Source of the DNA: Octopus sinensis
Lineage: Eukaryota
Direction of reading: 5' to 3'
DNA: 64,000 nucleotides
Assembly (NCBI RefSeq): GCF_006345805.1
Contig: NC_042998.1
Location: forward strand, 110,794,001-110,858,000
Numbering within the stretch: the stretch's first letter is position 1; each line of letters opens with the position of its first letter. The position numbers were made by a program, and so were the translations under genes. Positions 1 through 10,799 of the stretch are shown piece after piece. The notes below the pieces were generated by a model. It had not been told where the DNA came from. It searched no databases and worked only from the letters and a program-made list of their open reading frames with translations.

Positions 1-756
1 TGTATGTGCATAAATAATCCAGTATGTACATTATGTAGAGTGATGTGTACTCCATGTGCTAGTAGATATGTGAGTGTGAATATGGACGTGTGTATGTATA
101 TGTGGAAATATCATGTGTGAGTGCAAATTCCCGGGCCTGTATGTAAGTATGTGTATAAATAACATAATGTACTTGTTGTGTGGAATGATGTACGTTTTGT
201 GTATTTGTGTGTTGTGTGTGTGTGGGCGTATGGACGTGTGTATATGCGTGAGTATGCGTATGGGCGTGTGTATATGTGTGAGGCTAACGTGTGTGTGTTT
301 GTGTGTGTGTTGCATGTAGCAGTTAATGTGTACTTATTCAGTGGGTGTGCACGTGACAGAAGAAAAGTTGCCATCAGTGTGTGTGTGCAAAGACACTGCA
401 TATGGCCTATTTGTGTGTGCGCATGTGAATGTGTGTGCGTGCGTATATACGTATATATGTGTATGTGTCTGTGTATAGTGTATGTTTGTTGGTGAAAGTT
501 ATCTGTCTATGCGCATTGCATGTGTTTATGCGTGTTACGGGGGTTTATTCGCGTTGAGTGTGTGTATATATATTGTCTGTGTTCAGGTAGTACGTGCTTG
601 TGTAGGTGTGGGTCTGTGCCTGATGGTGTGTGGTGTGTGTACTGAGTTAAACAGTGTGTGGAACTGCCCGTATAGTGTTATGTGTGATGAGGTTATTGAA
701 AGGTGTGTAGGTGTGTTTACAATTGGCGGATATTTGTCCTCATCTTGTTTGTTGTT

Positions 757-802
757 AACACAACGTTTCGGCTGATATACCCTCCAGCCTTCATCAGGTG
801 TC
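757..802 (-). ncRNA. Minimal type-I hammerhead ribozyme (Penelope-type), intact core
   Basis: Minus strand reads gacac-CTGATGA-a-ggctg-gagggtatat-cagcc-GAAAC-GTT-gtgtt. Stem I gacac/gtgtt, stem II ggctg/cagcc, palindromic AACGTT stem III. Confidence 0.85.
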
Positions 803-811
803 TTGGGGCAT

Positions 812-875
812 ATAGAGTAGTGGTTAAGAACGCGGGCTACTAATCCCAAGATTCCGAGTTCGATTCGAGGCGGTG
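812..875 (+). mobile_element. tRNA-derived SINE head (Pol III A/B boxes)
   Basis: tagtggttaag (A box), gagttcgattc (B box) and anticodon-like arm gggctactaatccc; no complete acceptor stem. Confidence 0.7.
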
Positions 876-1289
876 ACGTTGTGTTAACAACAAACAAGAT
901 GAGGAGAAATATCCGTCAATTGTAAATAATGTAAATAATTCCTCATCTCTTAAATATAGAACAGTGTGTATGGGTGTTTGTATAATGGTGTGTGAGGGTA
1001 CCGAGGTAAGCGATGTGAAGGTATATAGGTGCAAGGGATGGGTAGTTGAATGTGGGAGGTGTGTGGGAATCAATCTAATGGCGTTGCCGAAGTTTTTGCC
1101 AGGAGTCTTTTTGCAATCTTATTCTACAGAAATTGCATCGTGAAAAAAGTCCCACGCGGTGCACGAAATCTTGAACTAAGGATCGAATTAACAAAGAAAT
1201 TCTGAATAACGAGTATTTTCGCTGAAATTTTATATTTTTGATGCATAGGTCTTTCTATGATGAATTTGCCATCGTTATCTATCCAGTTA

Positions 1290-1293
1290 TCTA

Positions 1294-1378
<85 letters not shown>

Positions 1379-1607
1379 TTATCTATCTACGCACACACAC
1401 ATATATATGCATATATATACATGTATATTTATGTTTATATAAATACATGTATATATATATATATGCATATATATATATATGTATATATATATGTGTGCAT
1501 ATATGTATATACATGTGTATAGGGGTGGGGAGTGTTTGCGTGTGTGGGAGGTGCGTGTGTATGTGTGTGGGTTTGTATATATACATATATTCATACATAC
1601 ACATATA

Positions 1608-1638
<31 letters not shown>

Positions 1639-1640
1639 GA
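1290..1640. repeat. (TCTA)n, (TA)n and TG-rich microsatellite block
   Basis: Directly visible tandem repeats. Confidence 0.95.
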
Positions 1641-2996
1641 AACCGTACCGTCTTATCGGCTGCAGGTGATTTCGGTCTTAACATAACGACGCCTATCGCT
1701 GTAATTTTCACCAAAGGCATGTAGAAACACACTTCTTTACTTTTGGTAAATATAGTAGACATTTAAGATGAAATTACTAAATAAACCTTTTGTCTGCCAG
1801 TGTCTTTTTTTGTAGTGCGTAAAAATCAACAGTAAAGTTTTATTTGTTTCCCTTGAACTAAGTCTCTAAATGTGAGTGTGTGTGTGTGCGCGTAAAATCA
1901 TGTGTGTATGTATTTCTACACGCATACCTATATTTGCATACATACAATATAAATATGTTTATTTTACAATTTACATCGATTTTCTGTTTTACTCTGGTTT
2001 TTAGTATATTACATATTTTCTTGTCTACTGTAGGTTATATTTTATGACATAGAACATCGACAAATCAATACAGTAAGACATTGACGGTTAATATGTTACT
2101 TAAATCTCTGCAGATGAAGCCTACTCATGGTTTCAATTAAGACGGGCAAACTGTTTTCCATAACGAAAATGCATTTATTAAAAGTCTTCAGCACAAAAAT
2201 AACTATGCAAATATTTACGGAAAATCATAAATATTGTTCAAGAGATCGCTCCTGATGTCTGGCAAGATAGGATAACAGATGTTTTTCTTTTTTTTTTCTT
2301 TGCTGTTCACCATTAATTTAGACCATACATATTCGGTAAAAGTGGAAGTACATCTCCCAAACGTGTACTGCGATTCAAGACCTTCCGATAAATAGCTAAA
2401 AGTCCGCAACAGTAGAGTATTGTTACCACATTTGTGACGAGCTGGATGTTATAAATGCGGGTGTCCTGATCGGATTTAGAGAAAGAGCATACTGCATCTG
2501 GCCCACAGGCATGTTGTCTCGCTTCTCTGAATTCCATGATTACTTTGACTCTATTTCTCGGATCATGTTGGTGTAGAGCTTTCTCGACTCAAACATTCCC
2601 AACCTAGTCGTAGTTCCCTCTCTCACCATCTTTACTATGTCCCATAACAAGTCGTTGCACAAAACAACATTTCTGGTACTTCTTTTCCAGAACATTTATG
2701 TCCTGGATCATCTTAACTGCTCTAGTCGTTTTGCTTGTATTCGCTTGCAAATATTTTTAATGGACAGTAAGGACATTCATTTTACTAACCTCGGAGGGCC
2801 CGCAAAGTTTATAATCGTTACTCTTTCTTCTAGTCCTCCAACATACAAAAGTAGCATGTTTTCCTTGTACGACATAGAAAGACGAGAATAATGCCAGTAA
2901 CAAATTTGAAATTTCCTGCTGTAAAAATAAAAGAAGTCAGCTTAGTTAATATATTTCTACAAGAAAAAGTAGATCGGAATCACATATGTTACAACT

Positions 2997-3324
2997 TTCT
3001 AAAGACTCCGCCGGTTACGACGACGAGGGTCCCAGCTGATACGATCAACGGAACAGCTTGCTCGTGAAATTCACGTGCAAATGGCTGAGCATTCCACAGA
3101 CACGTGTACCATTAACGTAGTTCTCGGGGATAATCAGCGTGACACAGAGAGTGACAAGGCTGACCCTTTGAAATACAAGTATAACTCATTTTTGCCAGCT
3201 GAGCGGACTGGAGCAACGTGAAATAAAGTGTCTTGCTCAAGGACACAACGCGTCGCCGGGAATCGAACTCACAACCTTACGATCATGAGCCGAATGCCCT
3301 AACCACTAAGCCACGCGCCCTCAC
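2997..3324 (-). mobile_element. Full-length tRNA-derived SINE with 12-bp target-site duplication
   Basis: A/B boxes at the 5' end on the minus strand; TSD tatgttacaact at 2985-2996 and 3325-3336; near-identical to 28468-28788. Confidence 0.92.
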
Positions 3325-4143
3325 TATGTTACAACTACAGTGAATATGAATGATAAAGGTTAGTAGTTTCTTTATATATATGTAGTAAGTTGAAAATAAA
3401 TGAGAAATAGCAAATTTAATTTTAATAAATAATTACAAACATTTCATACTGATTCTGCGTAGCATTAATCCTTATTAAATTATGGCATATTCTTTATATT
3501 ATTACACTCCTGAGAAGATATCAAACAGCGATATAGAATGGAAGATTTAGAATATCATAAAATTTGTAATTTTTTAAAGTTGATGTTCACATTATTTTTG
3601 CAATGAGAATAATAATACAAAAACTACAACTGTATCATAGTTCACTGTGGAAAATATTTATAATAGTTGACTTGAAAAGATAAACAAGTATAATAGATCA
3701 AATGTAGAAAATATTTGTTATGGTATAGACAGTTCTTTGCCCTTTCAATACTAGCTTAAACAACACAGGATTTCTGTGTGGTACAATAGACACCAGATTC
3801 TATAACTTGATTTCTGAAACTGATGTATATCACAAAATATAATACGGCAAAAACTTGAAGTTACTGACTTGTGTCAACTAAAAAGTTTTTGCATACGCCA
3901 AAGGTCAAAATAAAACCATTGGTATTTTATATAATCACATATACATATATGTATACGAGTACATATATGTATTCACTTCAGGACAGTTTAGTCATTTATG
4001 TGCTCTTCTTGACCGGCTACATACGAGTCGAAGCTTGCTATGGAATTCAGTATGGAAATATTTGGGGTACTTATATACATTCATGACATTGCTTCTGCTT
4101 TTCTGTGGGTATGTATAAGTATTACATTTATTATCTCAGTATT

Positions 4144-4199
4144 CTCTGCTGATGAAGGTAAAAACATTTGGATTAATCCAGAATTTGCTCGATCCAGAG
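4144..4199 (+). ncRNA. Type-I hammerhead ribozyme with one core substitution
   Basis: ctctg-CTGATGA-agg...cca-GAAT-ttg-ct-cga-TC-cagag. Stem I ctctg/cagag; GAAA is changed to GAAT. Confidence 0.65.
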
Positions 4200-4234
4200 C
4201 TAACTCAATTTTATAAATTTCGACAATATGAATC

Positions 4235-4510
4235 TTCGAAGACAGTTACTGCCATAAGTACCAAAATAACATTTTGGATTTATGTAGTTTCAAAGTTGGG
4301 GACAAAAACAGGACAGTGAACAGTGGAGACTGAACGAAAACAAGAGGGTAAAATAGCGAACTTTGCAGAAATAATTTCTTTGACGAGGAAAGATAGAAGA
4401 GAGAGATACGATACGTCCAGTCCTTAGGGCAGTTCTGAAAGAAAAGAAAGATGATCATATGAGGAAAAGAAAGAGGGACGATGGTCACATGTGAGCAACG
4501 AGAGAGAGAG
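4235..4510. mobile_element. Dispersed repeat homologous to about 63100-63375 (possibly Penelope-derived)
   Basis: Shared blocks acaggacagtgaa and gatggtcacatg...tgtgagcaa in the same order and spacing. Confidence 0.6.
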
Positions 4511-4614
4511 AGAAAAGGAGAAAGAGGTTAGACGGAGAGACAGATAGAAAACTGTGAAGGGCAGAAACAAAGAATTAGAGAAAAGGATGAGAGGGAAAAC
4601 GATGCATGTGTGTG

Positions 4615-4653
<39 letters not shown>

Positions 4654-4780
4654 TATATATACATATTTGACTGCGGCCATGCTGGAGAACCGCCTTTAGT
4701 CGAGCAAATCGATCCCAGGACTTATTCTTTGTAAGCCTTGTACTTATTCTATTGCTCTCTTTTCCCCAACCGCTATATAA

Positions 4781-5164
4781 GGTGCAGGAGTGGCTGTGTA
4801 GTAAGTAGCTTGCTTACGAACCACATGGTTCCGGGTTCGGTCCCACTGCGTGGCACCTTGGGCAAGTGTCTTCTACTATAGCCTTGGGCCAACCAAAGCA
4901 TTATGAGTGGATTTGGTAGACGGAAACTGAAAGAAGCCCGTCGTATATATGTATGTGTGTATATATTTGTGTGTCTGTTTGTCCCACCAACATTGCTTGA
5001 CAACCGATGCTAGTGTGTTTACGTCCCCGTACCTTAGCGGTTCGGGAAACGAGACCGATACAATAAGTACAAGGCTTACAAAGGATAAGTCCTGGGATTG
5101 ATTTGCTCGACTAAAGGCGGTGCTCCAGCATGGCCACAGTCAAATGACTGAAACAAGGAAAAGT
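4781..5164 (+). mobile_element. tRNA-derived SINE with CR1-group LINE-like 3' tail
   Basis: Head tggctgtgtagtaag...gggttcggtccc; 3' end ggcggtgctccagcatggccacag matches the LINE end at 12052-12090; inverted copy of its 3' part at 4665-4774; partial copy at 30555-30720. Confidence 0.85.
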
Positions 5165-5206
5165 ATATATATATATATATATATATATACGTTATTTATA
5201 TTGTAT

Positions 5207-5332
5207 GTGATCACTGTGATCACCGTGACCGACCAGGCTATCAGATGTTGCTACACATCGCTGGTCACAATGCGCTTTGCATTGTTTTAGCCTTCAAAGG
5301 ACGCCATCCCGCTGGCTAAGCAAGCATGCCAA
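5207..5332 (-). mobile_element. 3' fragment of the SINE family seen at 21008-21320
   Basis: Near-identical gtgaccgaccaggctatcagatgttgctacacatcgctggtcacaatgcg block. Confidence 0.85.
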
Positions 5333-5846
5333 TATTGTATGTATATATATAATTATATATATGTGTGTGTGTGTCTCTGTCTGTGTGTATATATAACAAA
5401 TTTAATAAAGATTAGGAGAACGGAGATTTATACATCCAGTTTTATTATACAGTTAATTACATCGTTCTTCGCCAAGACCTACACGCGATTCCGCTGCAAA
5501 CCGCTGCACACTGTTAAGTGTGCATCTTAGTGTTAATTACCGGTGAAACTTTATCAGGGTGTATTATTATTGTTGCTCTGATATCATCTAAAGAGTGTAT
5601 GAGCTTGACCACAATTTTTCACTTATCTAGTGTGAATGTTACTATAAATAGTCATATATCTCGTGACCTTTTTTATCCTGGATAGTTAGGAATTTAGTAT
5701 TAAAATAGGTCAATATTCCTGCGTGTTATTGTAAGTTCTTAATTCATATTCTAGCTTACCATTCTGCTAATACTAAATATCATTATTACGGAGATGTGCT
5801 TGCATAACAAGTGACCTGATCTGAGATCGTGTGCTGGAATGAAAAC

Positions 5847-6097
5847 AATTGCAGTGTGGAAGGTGATTATAAGCCATTTCAGAAACACACAGGAACCGTT
5901 AGATTCACTTGAACATTTAAATTTAATTTGCCAAAATATTTTCGTCGCTTTGTGATACTACACGGAATTTTGTCAGTGAAAAGATCGCGGTCTCAAATCG
6001 ACGAAAATAGTTTGGCAAATTAAATTTAAATGTTGAAGTGAATCTAACGGTTTTTATGTTTCTTAAATGGCTTATAAACACATTCCACACTGCAATT
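5847..6097. mobile_element. Foldback element (about 105-bp inverted arms) carrying a variant hammerhead at 5970-6018 (+)
   Basis: 5847-5952 is the reverse complement of about 5993-6097. The plus strand reads ttgtca-GTGAAAA-gatcgc...tcgac-GAAA-atag-tt-tggcaa. Second family member at 25639-25765. Confidence 0.8.
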
Positions 6098-6152
6098 GAA
6101 TATTATTAGTATTCTTATTTTAACTAAAGATATCCAATTACCTTTTGGGTTG

Positions 6153-6741
6153 TTATTACCTCCGCCTTAGCGAAAGCGGAGGTATTGCTTTCAGTCGCGT
6201 TTGTTTGTTGGTTTGTTTGTCCGTGAATAAGATATCTCAAAAACCTCTGGATGGATTCGCATGAAACTTTCAGGGATGTCTGGGTTTGTGACTGGCACGA
6301 ACCGAGTAGATTTTGGAATTGATCTGGTACCGAACAAGGATTCTGGATTATTTGTTATATTTACTTTACTTCACATGATTACGATCTTACGTTATCTTTC
6401 AAGTCTTTCTCAATTATTTCGCTTTAGGTTGTAATTATTTTCAATGGTGAATTTGTTAACTTTGGCTTGTATTAGATAAGGATAAACAATTTATTACTGT
6501 TACTAAATTGTCACATTCCATGACTACTACTGGGAACGATCAGGTACAGGACGAAGATTCTGGATTATTATTCTGTGTTTTTACTTAACTTTTGAGAGCG
6601 GTCGGGTTCGTTTTTAGTATTCTCGCTTGTGAGAGCAGTCGAGTTTCTTTCAGATATTATTTTAAAAATCATCTCTGGCTAATCGTTGATAGCACGTTGG
6701 TGTTGCCTTGGTGGGGGTTTGCGCTCTCTGAGTGCTCTTGT
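6153..6741 (+). mobile_element. Helentron-associated non-autonomous element (HINE/DINE-1-like)
   Basis: 5' tattacctccgcc...gcggaggt palindrome followed by a gtttg microsatellite; 3' subterminal repeat ggtgggggt and hairpin gcgctctctgagtgc. Confidence 0.7.
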
Positions 6742-6917
6742 CCTTATTATAATTAATCTAGGGGTCTATAATTTTCTTGTTATTTTGAAATTGATTTAAT
6801 ATTTTGCGTATAATTAATTTTACTCGACTTAAACTTCATTTTCAACTCTTTCAGATTTCATCTACTTTAATTTTTGTAGGGGTTTACATTTAATTTAAAT
6901 TCGTTAGACTTAATTCT

Positions 6918-7760
6918 AATAACCTTGCGCGCGAACTGAAAGCAGGGTATTGTAATCACAAGTCTTCGTTTGTTTGTCTGTGTGTTTGCAAATGTATTGG
7001 AAAACGGCTGAACGGATTTTCACCAAATTTGGCAGGAATACTCATTGGGTAAGTGGCTCATAATGATGAAAATTTGGTTTGATTATCTTCCAACATACAT
7101 AAATACAGCATAGAGATGCAAATCTATGTGTATGTATGCTTGTGTGTGTGTGTGTGTGTGTGTGTGAGTGTGTGTATATGTGTGTGTGTGTGAAGTGATG
7201 GATTCGAGGGTTTCGTTTATTTACGAGTCGATTTCTTAATTTCACCGGAGTATAAATACCTATAATGGTGATACTTAAAAAAGTTTTCTTAATTTGTTAA
7301 AACTCGAACTTACAAAGTTCCCGATAGGAAAGTGATCATATTATTTATATATATTATGCACATAACATATTTATGCATATAACTATTTCTTTCTGTTCAC
7401 TTTCTTTTTCATATTATCCGATTCTCGTCTGCGTGTGTATAGACCATGATGTACCTATGTGCGTAGAAATGTGTGAGTACATACGCACATAAATACATAG
7501 ATATTTGAGTGTGTGTGTGTGTGTGTGTGGTGTGTGTGTGTGTGTGTACGTGTACAGGGATAGATTCGAGGGTTTCATTTATTTACGAGTTGATTTTCTT
7601 AGTTTCACTGGATTATAAAAATCTATAATGGTGATACTTAAAAAAAAAATTAATTCAGTTCAATTAAAAAAACTTGGGTAAACAACGCATTGTAAGCCAC
7701 GCTATAATTTGCGAAAAAAATTATCTGTGCACAGGGTATTCATCGCCCCTCCGATGCCTT
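6918..7760 (+). mobile_element. Second HINE/DINE-like element with internal repeats
   Basis: 5' accttgcgc...gcagggt, then cggctgaacggattttcaccaaatttgg; 3' gcacagggt plus hairpin catcg-cccctc-cgatg; internal unit repeated at about 7200, 7560 and 8185. Confidence 0.6.
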
Positions 7761-7845
7761 TTTTTTTCATTCTAATTTTAGTAGTTCGTGTAATACTTAA
7801 ACCTCTTAAAAGTTTATTTAGATACGTGAACACATCTTAATGCAA

Positions 7846-7960
7846 TTACTTGTCTATCAATTTCAATTTCGAGGCAACAATTTCGTAAAATTCTTCGACA
7901 CACAATTCAAGGTGGCTTCCTTTACAATACGGTTTAGCTCTACTAATTATCTCCCAGCTA
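7846..7960 (-). pseudogene. Penelope-like element GIY-YIG endonuclease C-terminal fragment
   Basis: WEIISRAKPYCKGSHLELCVEEFYEI resembles the PLE W-x-I...KPY...C-x-LC-x-EE motif. Confidence 0.6.
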
Positions 7961-8049
7961 TATATACCTATCTGTACATATGTATGTATGTATGCATGTA
8001 CGTATGTATGTATGTATGTATGTATGTATGTATGTATGTATGTATGTAT

Positions 8050-8137
8050 ATTAGGGAGTATATCCAAACTTACAGGGAACAATTGGATTTAGGATTAAAT
8101 CAAATTTCACAGTATAAATATAAATTAAATTAGAATT
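8050..8137. repeat. Dispersed repeat fragment, inverted homologue at about 13885-13957
   Basis: ttagggagtatatccaaacttacagggaacaattggatttaggatt versus aatcctaaatctgatttttccctgtaaatttggatttattccctaa. Confidence 0.7.
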
Positions 8138-8299
8138 GAGTGCGTGTGTGTGAGTGTGCGTGTGCGTGTGTGTGTGTATACAGGGATAGATTCGCGGTTT
8201 TCATTTATTTACGAGTTGATTTTCTTAATTTCACCGGATTATAAATATCTATAATGGTGGTTTTATCTGTAATTTAATTTATATATATATTTATATATA

Positions 8300-8354
<55 letters not shown>

Positions 8355-8824
8355 AAAAAATGAAGTTCGAAAATGCTGCTGTATTATACAATTTTTAATT
8401 TTTATATATACATTATAACATGTTTCAGTTCCTGAAATGAACCTTATCAAAAAAAGTTATATATAAAAAAAGACAGCTCATGCCGTCAAACACAAGAAAT
8501 TCATTTATAATACACAACGGAGTCAGACATCTTAGAGTTCATGTATAGTTGATATATAGTTCATGTATAGTTGATATATAGTTTGAAGTATATGTTCAAA
8601 GTGTTCGATGCAGTGGCCCACGGTGGCGATACGTATTCAATACAAAAAACAGATCAAAGTGGTGGAAAGCGGTCAATACAGAAGATTGATGCTTCCGAAA
8701 GAGCGAGGAATTCATTTTTACCTTAAGCAAATGTGATGACCCATGGTGGATGTTCGCTGGGTGGTTCTAGTGAGTTTTTGTGAAGTGCTCGGTTTTATAA
8801 TGCCTGTTAGGTGGTCAATCCAGC

Positions 8825-9260
8825 GTAGCGTGACGTCATCAACGTTTTGACCAATCGTTTCGTTAGGTGGCTTTAGTCAAGTAGAACGGGACGTCATCAT
8901 TATTTTGACCAATCGCTGCATTATAACTGTCTCTTGTTTGTTTCCTGTTTTGACCAGTCGCTTCGTTAGTCAAGTAGAACGGGACGTCATCATTATTTTG
9001 ACCAATCGCTGCATTATAACTGCCTCTTGTTTGTTTCCTGTTTTGACCAGTCGCTTCGTTAGTCAAGCAGAACGGGACGTCATCCAGATTCTGCCCAATC
9101 ACGACTTATAGCTACATTAGATCTGCCCCCTGTCTGTACTTGTTAGGTGACTATTCAAGCAGAAAAGGACGTCATCAATATTCTGACTAATGAATGTCCC
9201 CTGTTTGTATCCTGTCCATTCTAGCAGAGCTAGACGTCATCAACTTGTTGACCAATCAGA
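8825..9260. repeat. About 93-bp tandem repeat with GACGTCA and CCAAT motifs inside the Penelope 3' region
   Basis: ggacgtcatc recurs at about 8889, 8982, 9075 and 9167; most copies are followed by ccaatc. Confidence 0.85.
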
Positions 9261-9426
9261 ATCGGGTCTGACCCTTAGCTGTATCGTATGTATCAGGGTC
9301 AGATTTGCACGAAAGAATTTTTTTCCCTTTTTTACTAAGGCATATTTCCGTCAGAGTGAGTGTCTGTTTGAAGTAGCGGACGTGGTGGAATTTTGCTTCT
9401 CCTTTTCGGAGGACTTATCTTTTGTT

Positions 9427-9780
9427 TTAGTATTCCTGGCTCAGGGTGTTTAAACTTGGTCTAAATTTTTTTATGAAATATAGTTCTTTATTTTGGCGTT
9501 GTGTGAAGGTTGCGTTGTCACTGAATTTATAGAGCGGGTTAGTTGTAAATTTCGGATTTACATTTCCAGCACATCTATCTATGTGTCCGCTGACCGGTAT
9601 TTTGCGGTAATCAGGGTTTCTAATTTGTGATTTATGCACCGCCATCCTGTTACGTAAGCTATTTTTTGTATGGCCTATATACTGCCTATTGCAGCCTGCG
9701 CATGTTATGACGTAAATTAAGTTTTCTGATGCGCAGGTGAAGTTTGTTCTAATGGTGAACTGGTGGCCTTGTTCCAGTAT
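9427..9780 (-). pseudogene. Penelope GIY-YIG endonuclease domain (5'-truncated)
   Basis: FTIRTNFTCASENLIYVITCAGCNRQYIGHTKNSLRNRMAVHKSQI...KELYFIKKFRPSLN contains LIY/YIG, CxxC, R...H and E...LN motifs. Confidence 0.9.
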
Positions 9781-9830
9781 AAATTCTATATATATGTAAA
9801 TGTAATAAGTGACAAATATTCGGTAGCCAT

Positions 9831-9891
9831 GATAAAACTCTGAGTTTCAGAGGCCGAGGTGGAAATACATGCCGCCATCTCTTAAGTTATC
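9831..9891 (-). ncRNA. Type-I hammerhead ribozyme, G5>U substitution
   Basis: gataa-CTTAAGA-gatggc...gcctct-GAAA-ctc-a-gag-TT-ttatc. Stem I gataa/ttatc extends further as ggcc/ggct; stem III actcagagt is near-palindromic. Confidence 0.65.
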
Positions 9892-10219
9892 CGGCCATCG
9901 GAAAAAAAGCCGCCCGATAAGGCGGTTTTTAAGCTAGCTCCTGTGGATGGCTCTTCAACAATGACACTTCATGCATTGAGTACATATTGAATATTATTAA
10001 ACTTGGACAATATTTTTCAAACAATGAACAATTTTCATCAAAGCAGTGATATAATTTGTCGACTTGGAGCTTATTGCAAAGCTGCATGATAACCAACATT
10101 TTTTGTCCTCCCAAATATATATATTATATATATAGTACAATTTTTTCTATCTAACCTCTTTCTTTCCTTCTTTCTTTCTTTCTAACCTCTTTCTTTCTTT
10201 CTTTCTTTCTTTCTTTCCT

Positions 10220-10252
<33 letters not shown>

Positions 10253-10319
10253 CTTTCCTTCGTTCTTTCTTTTTTTCTTTCTCTCTCTCTCTCTCTTTCT
10301 CTTATTATTACTTCCATTT

Positions 10320-10742
10320 CTAGCATCAACACTACTACTTTTAATAAAACATCAACTCTCCCTAATTAAAAGCATTTAATAAAACATCAAGTCTCCATAA
10401 CTTTCTTTGACTATCTTTCTCTCCTTCTCTTTTTCATGACGAATAGTAGGAGTGTCATGGAATAGTGAGACACACTGACACACACAAATTAGTTTTCGCA
10501 TTTATCATATTAGATGTTTAATTTTTGGGAAACTGTATTTGAATTAAATATGTGTGTGTGTGTGTGTGTGTGTGTGTACCCACACACACAAACACACGCA
10601 CACGCACGCACACACATGTATATATCTATTAAAGAAATCAAAATTAAACAAAAGTGATAGTGTTCAGTAGTTGGTTCAGTATGCTGGCCACAGGAATTTC
10701 TGTCCAGGAAAGTTGTACATCATCCCCCACTTTCTATCATAT

Positions 10743-10799
<57 letters not shown>

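Larger units (their letters stand above)
716..926. repeat. 51-bp inverted repeat enclosing the hammerhead and tRNA head
   Basis: 716-766 is the reverse complement of 876-926 with 2 mismatches. Confidence 0.9.
8350..9790 (-). mobile_element. 5'-truncated Penelope-like retroelement (GIY-YIG end plus long 3' region/pLTR)
   Basis: GIY-YIG frame at 9427-9780, 93-bp tandem repeats, degenerate hammerhead near 8414-8450, TA tracts on both sides. Confidence 0.8.

Noticed and set aside
1-700. Several overlapping H/T- or C/V-rich ORFs
   Set aside because: Translations of degenerate TG/CA microsatellite; the same applies to the YI-, MYVC-, LSIY- and homopolymer ORFs elsewhere.
812-875. Functional tRNA gene
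   Set aside because: No acceptor stem and embedded in a repeat; treated as a SINE head.
2105-2155. Hammerhead-like cagatgaagcct...gggcaaac
   Set aside because: Two core lesions and no stem I partner.
2589-2606. In-frame TGA read as selenocysteine
   Set aside because: TAG and TAA stops occur in the same frame and I see no SECIS element.
3505-3545. ctgagaa-gatatc...gatat-agaat hammerhead-like motif
   Set aside because: Core too degenerate to distinguish from chance.
8860-9110. CRISPR-like repeat-spacer array
   Set aside because: The intervening sequence also repeats (a true tandem repeat), the context is eukaryotic and there are no cas genes.
9929-10114. 61-aa ORF as a host exon
   Set aside because: Lies inside the TA-bounded hammerhead unit; no recognisable domain or splice context.
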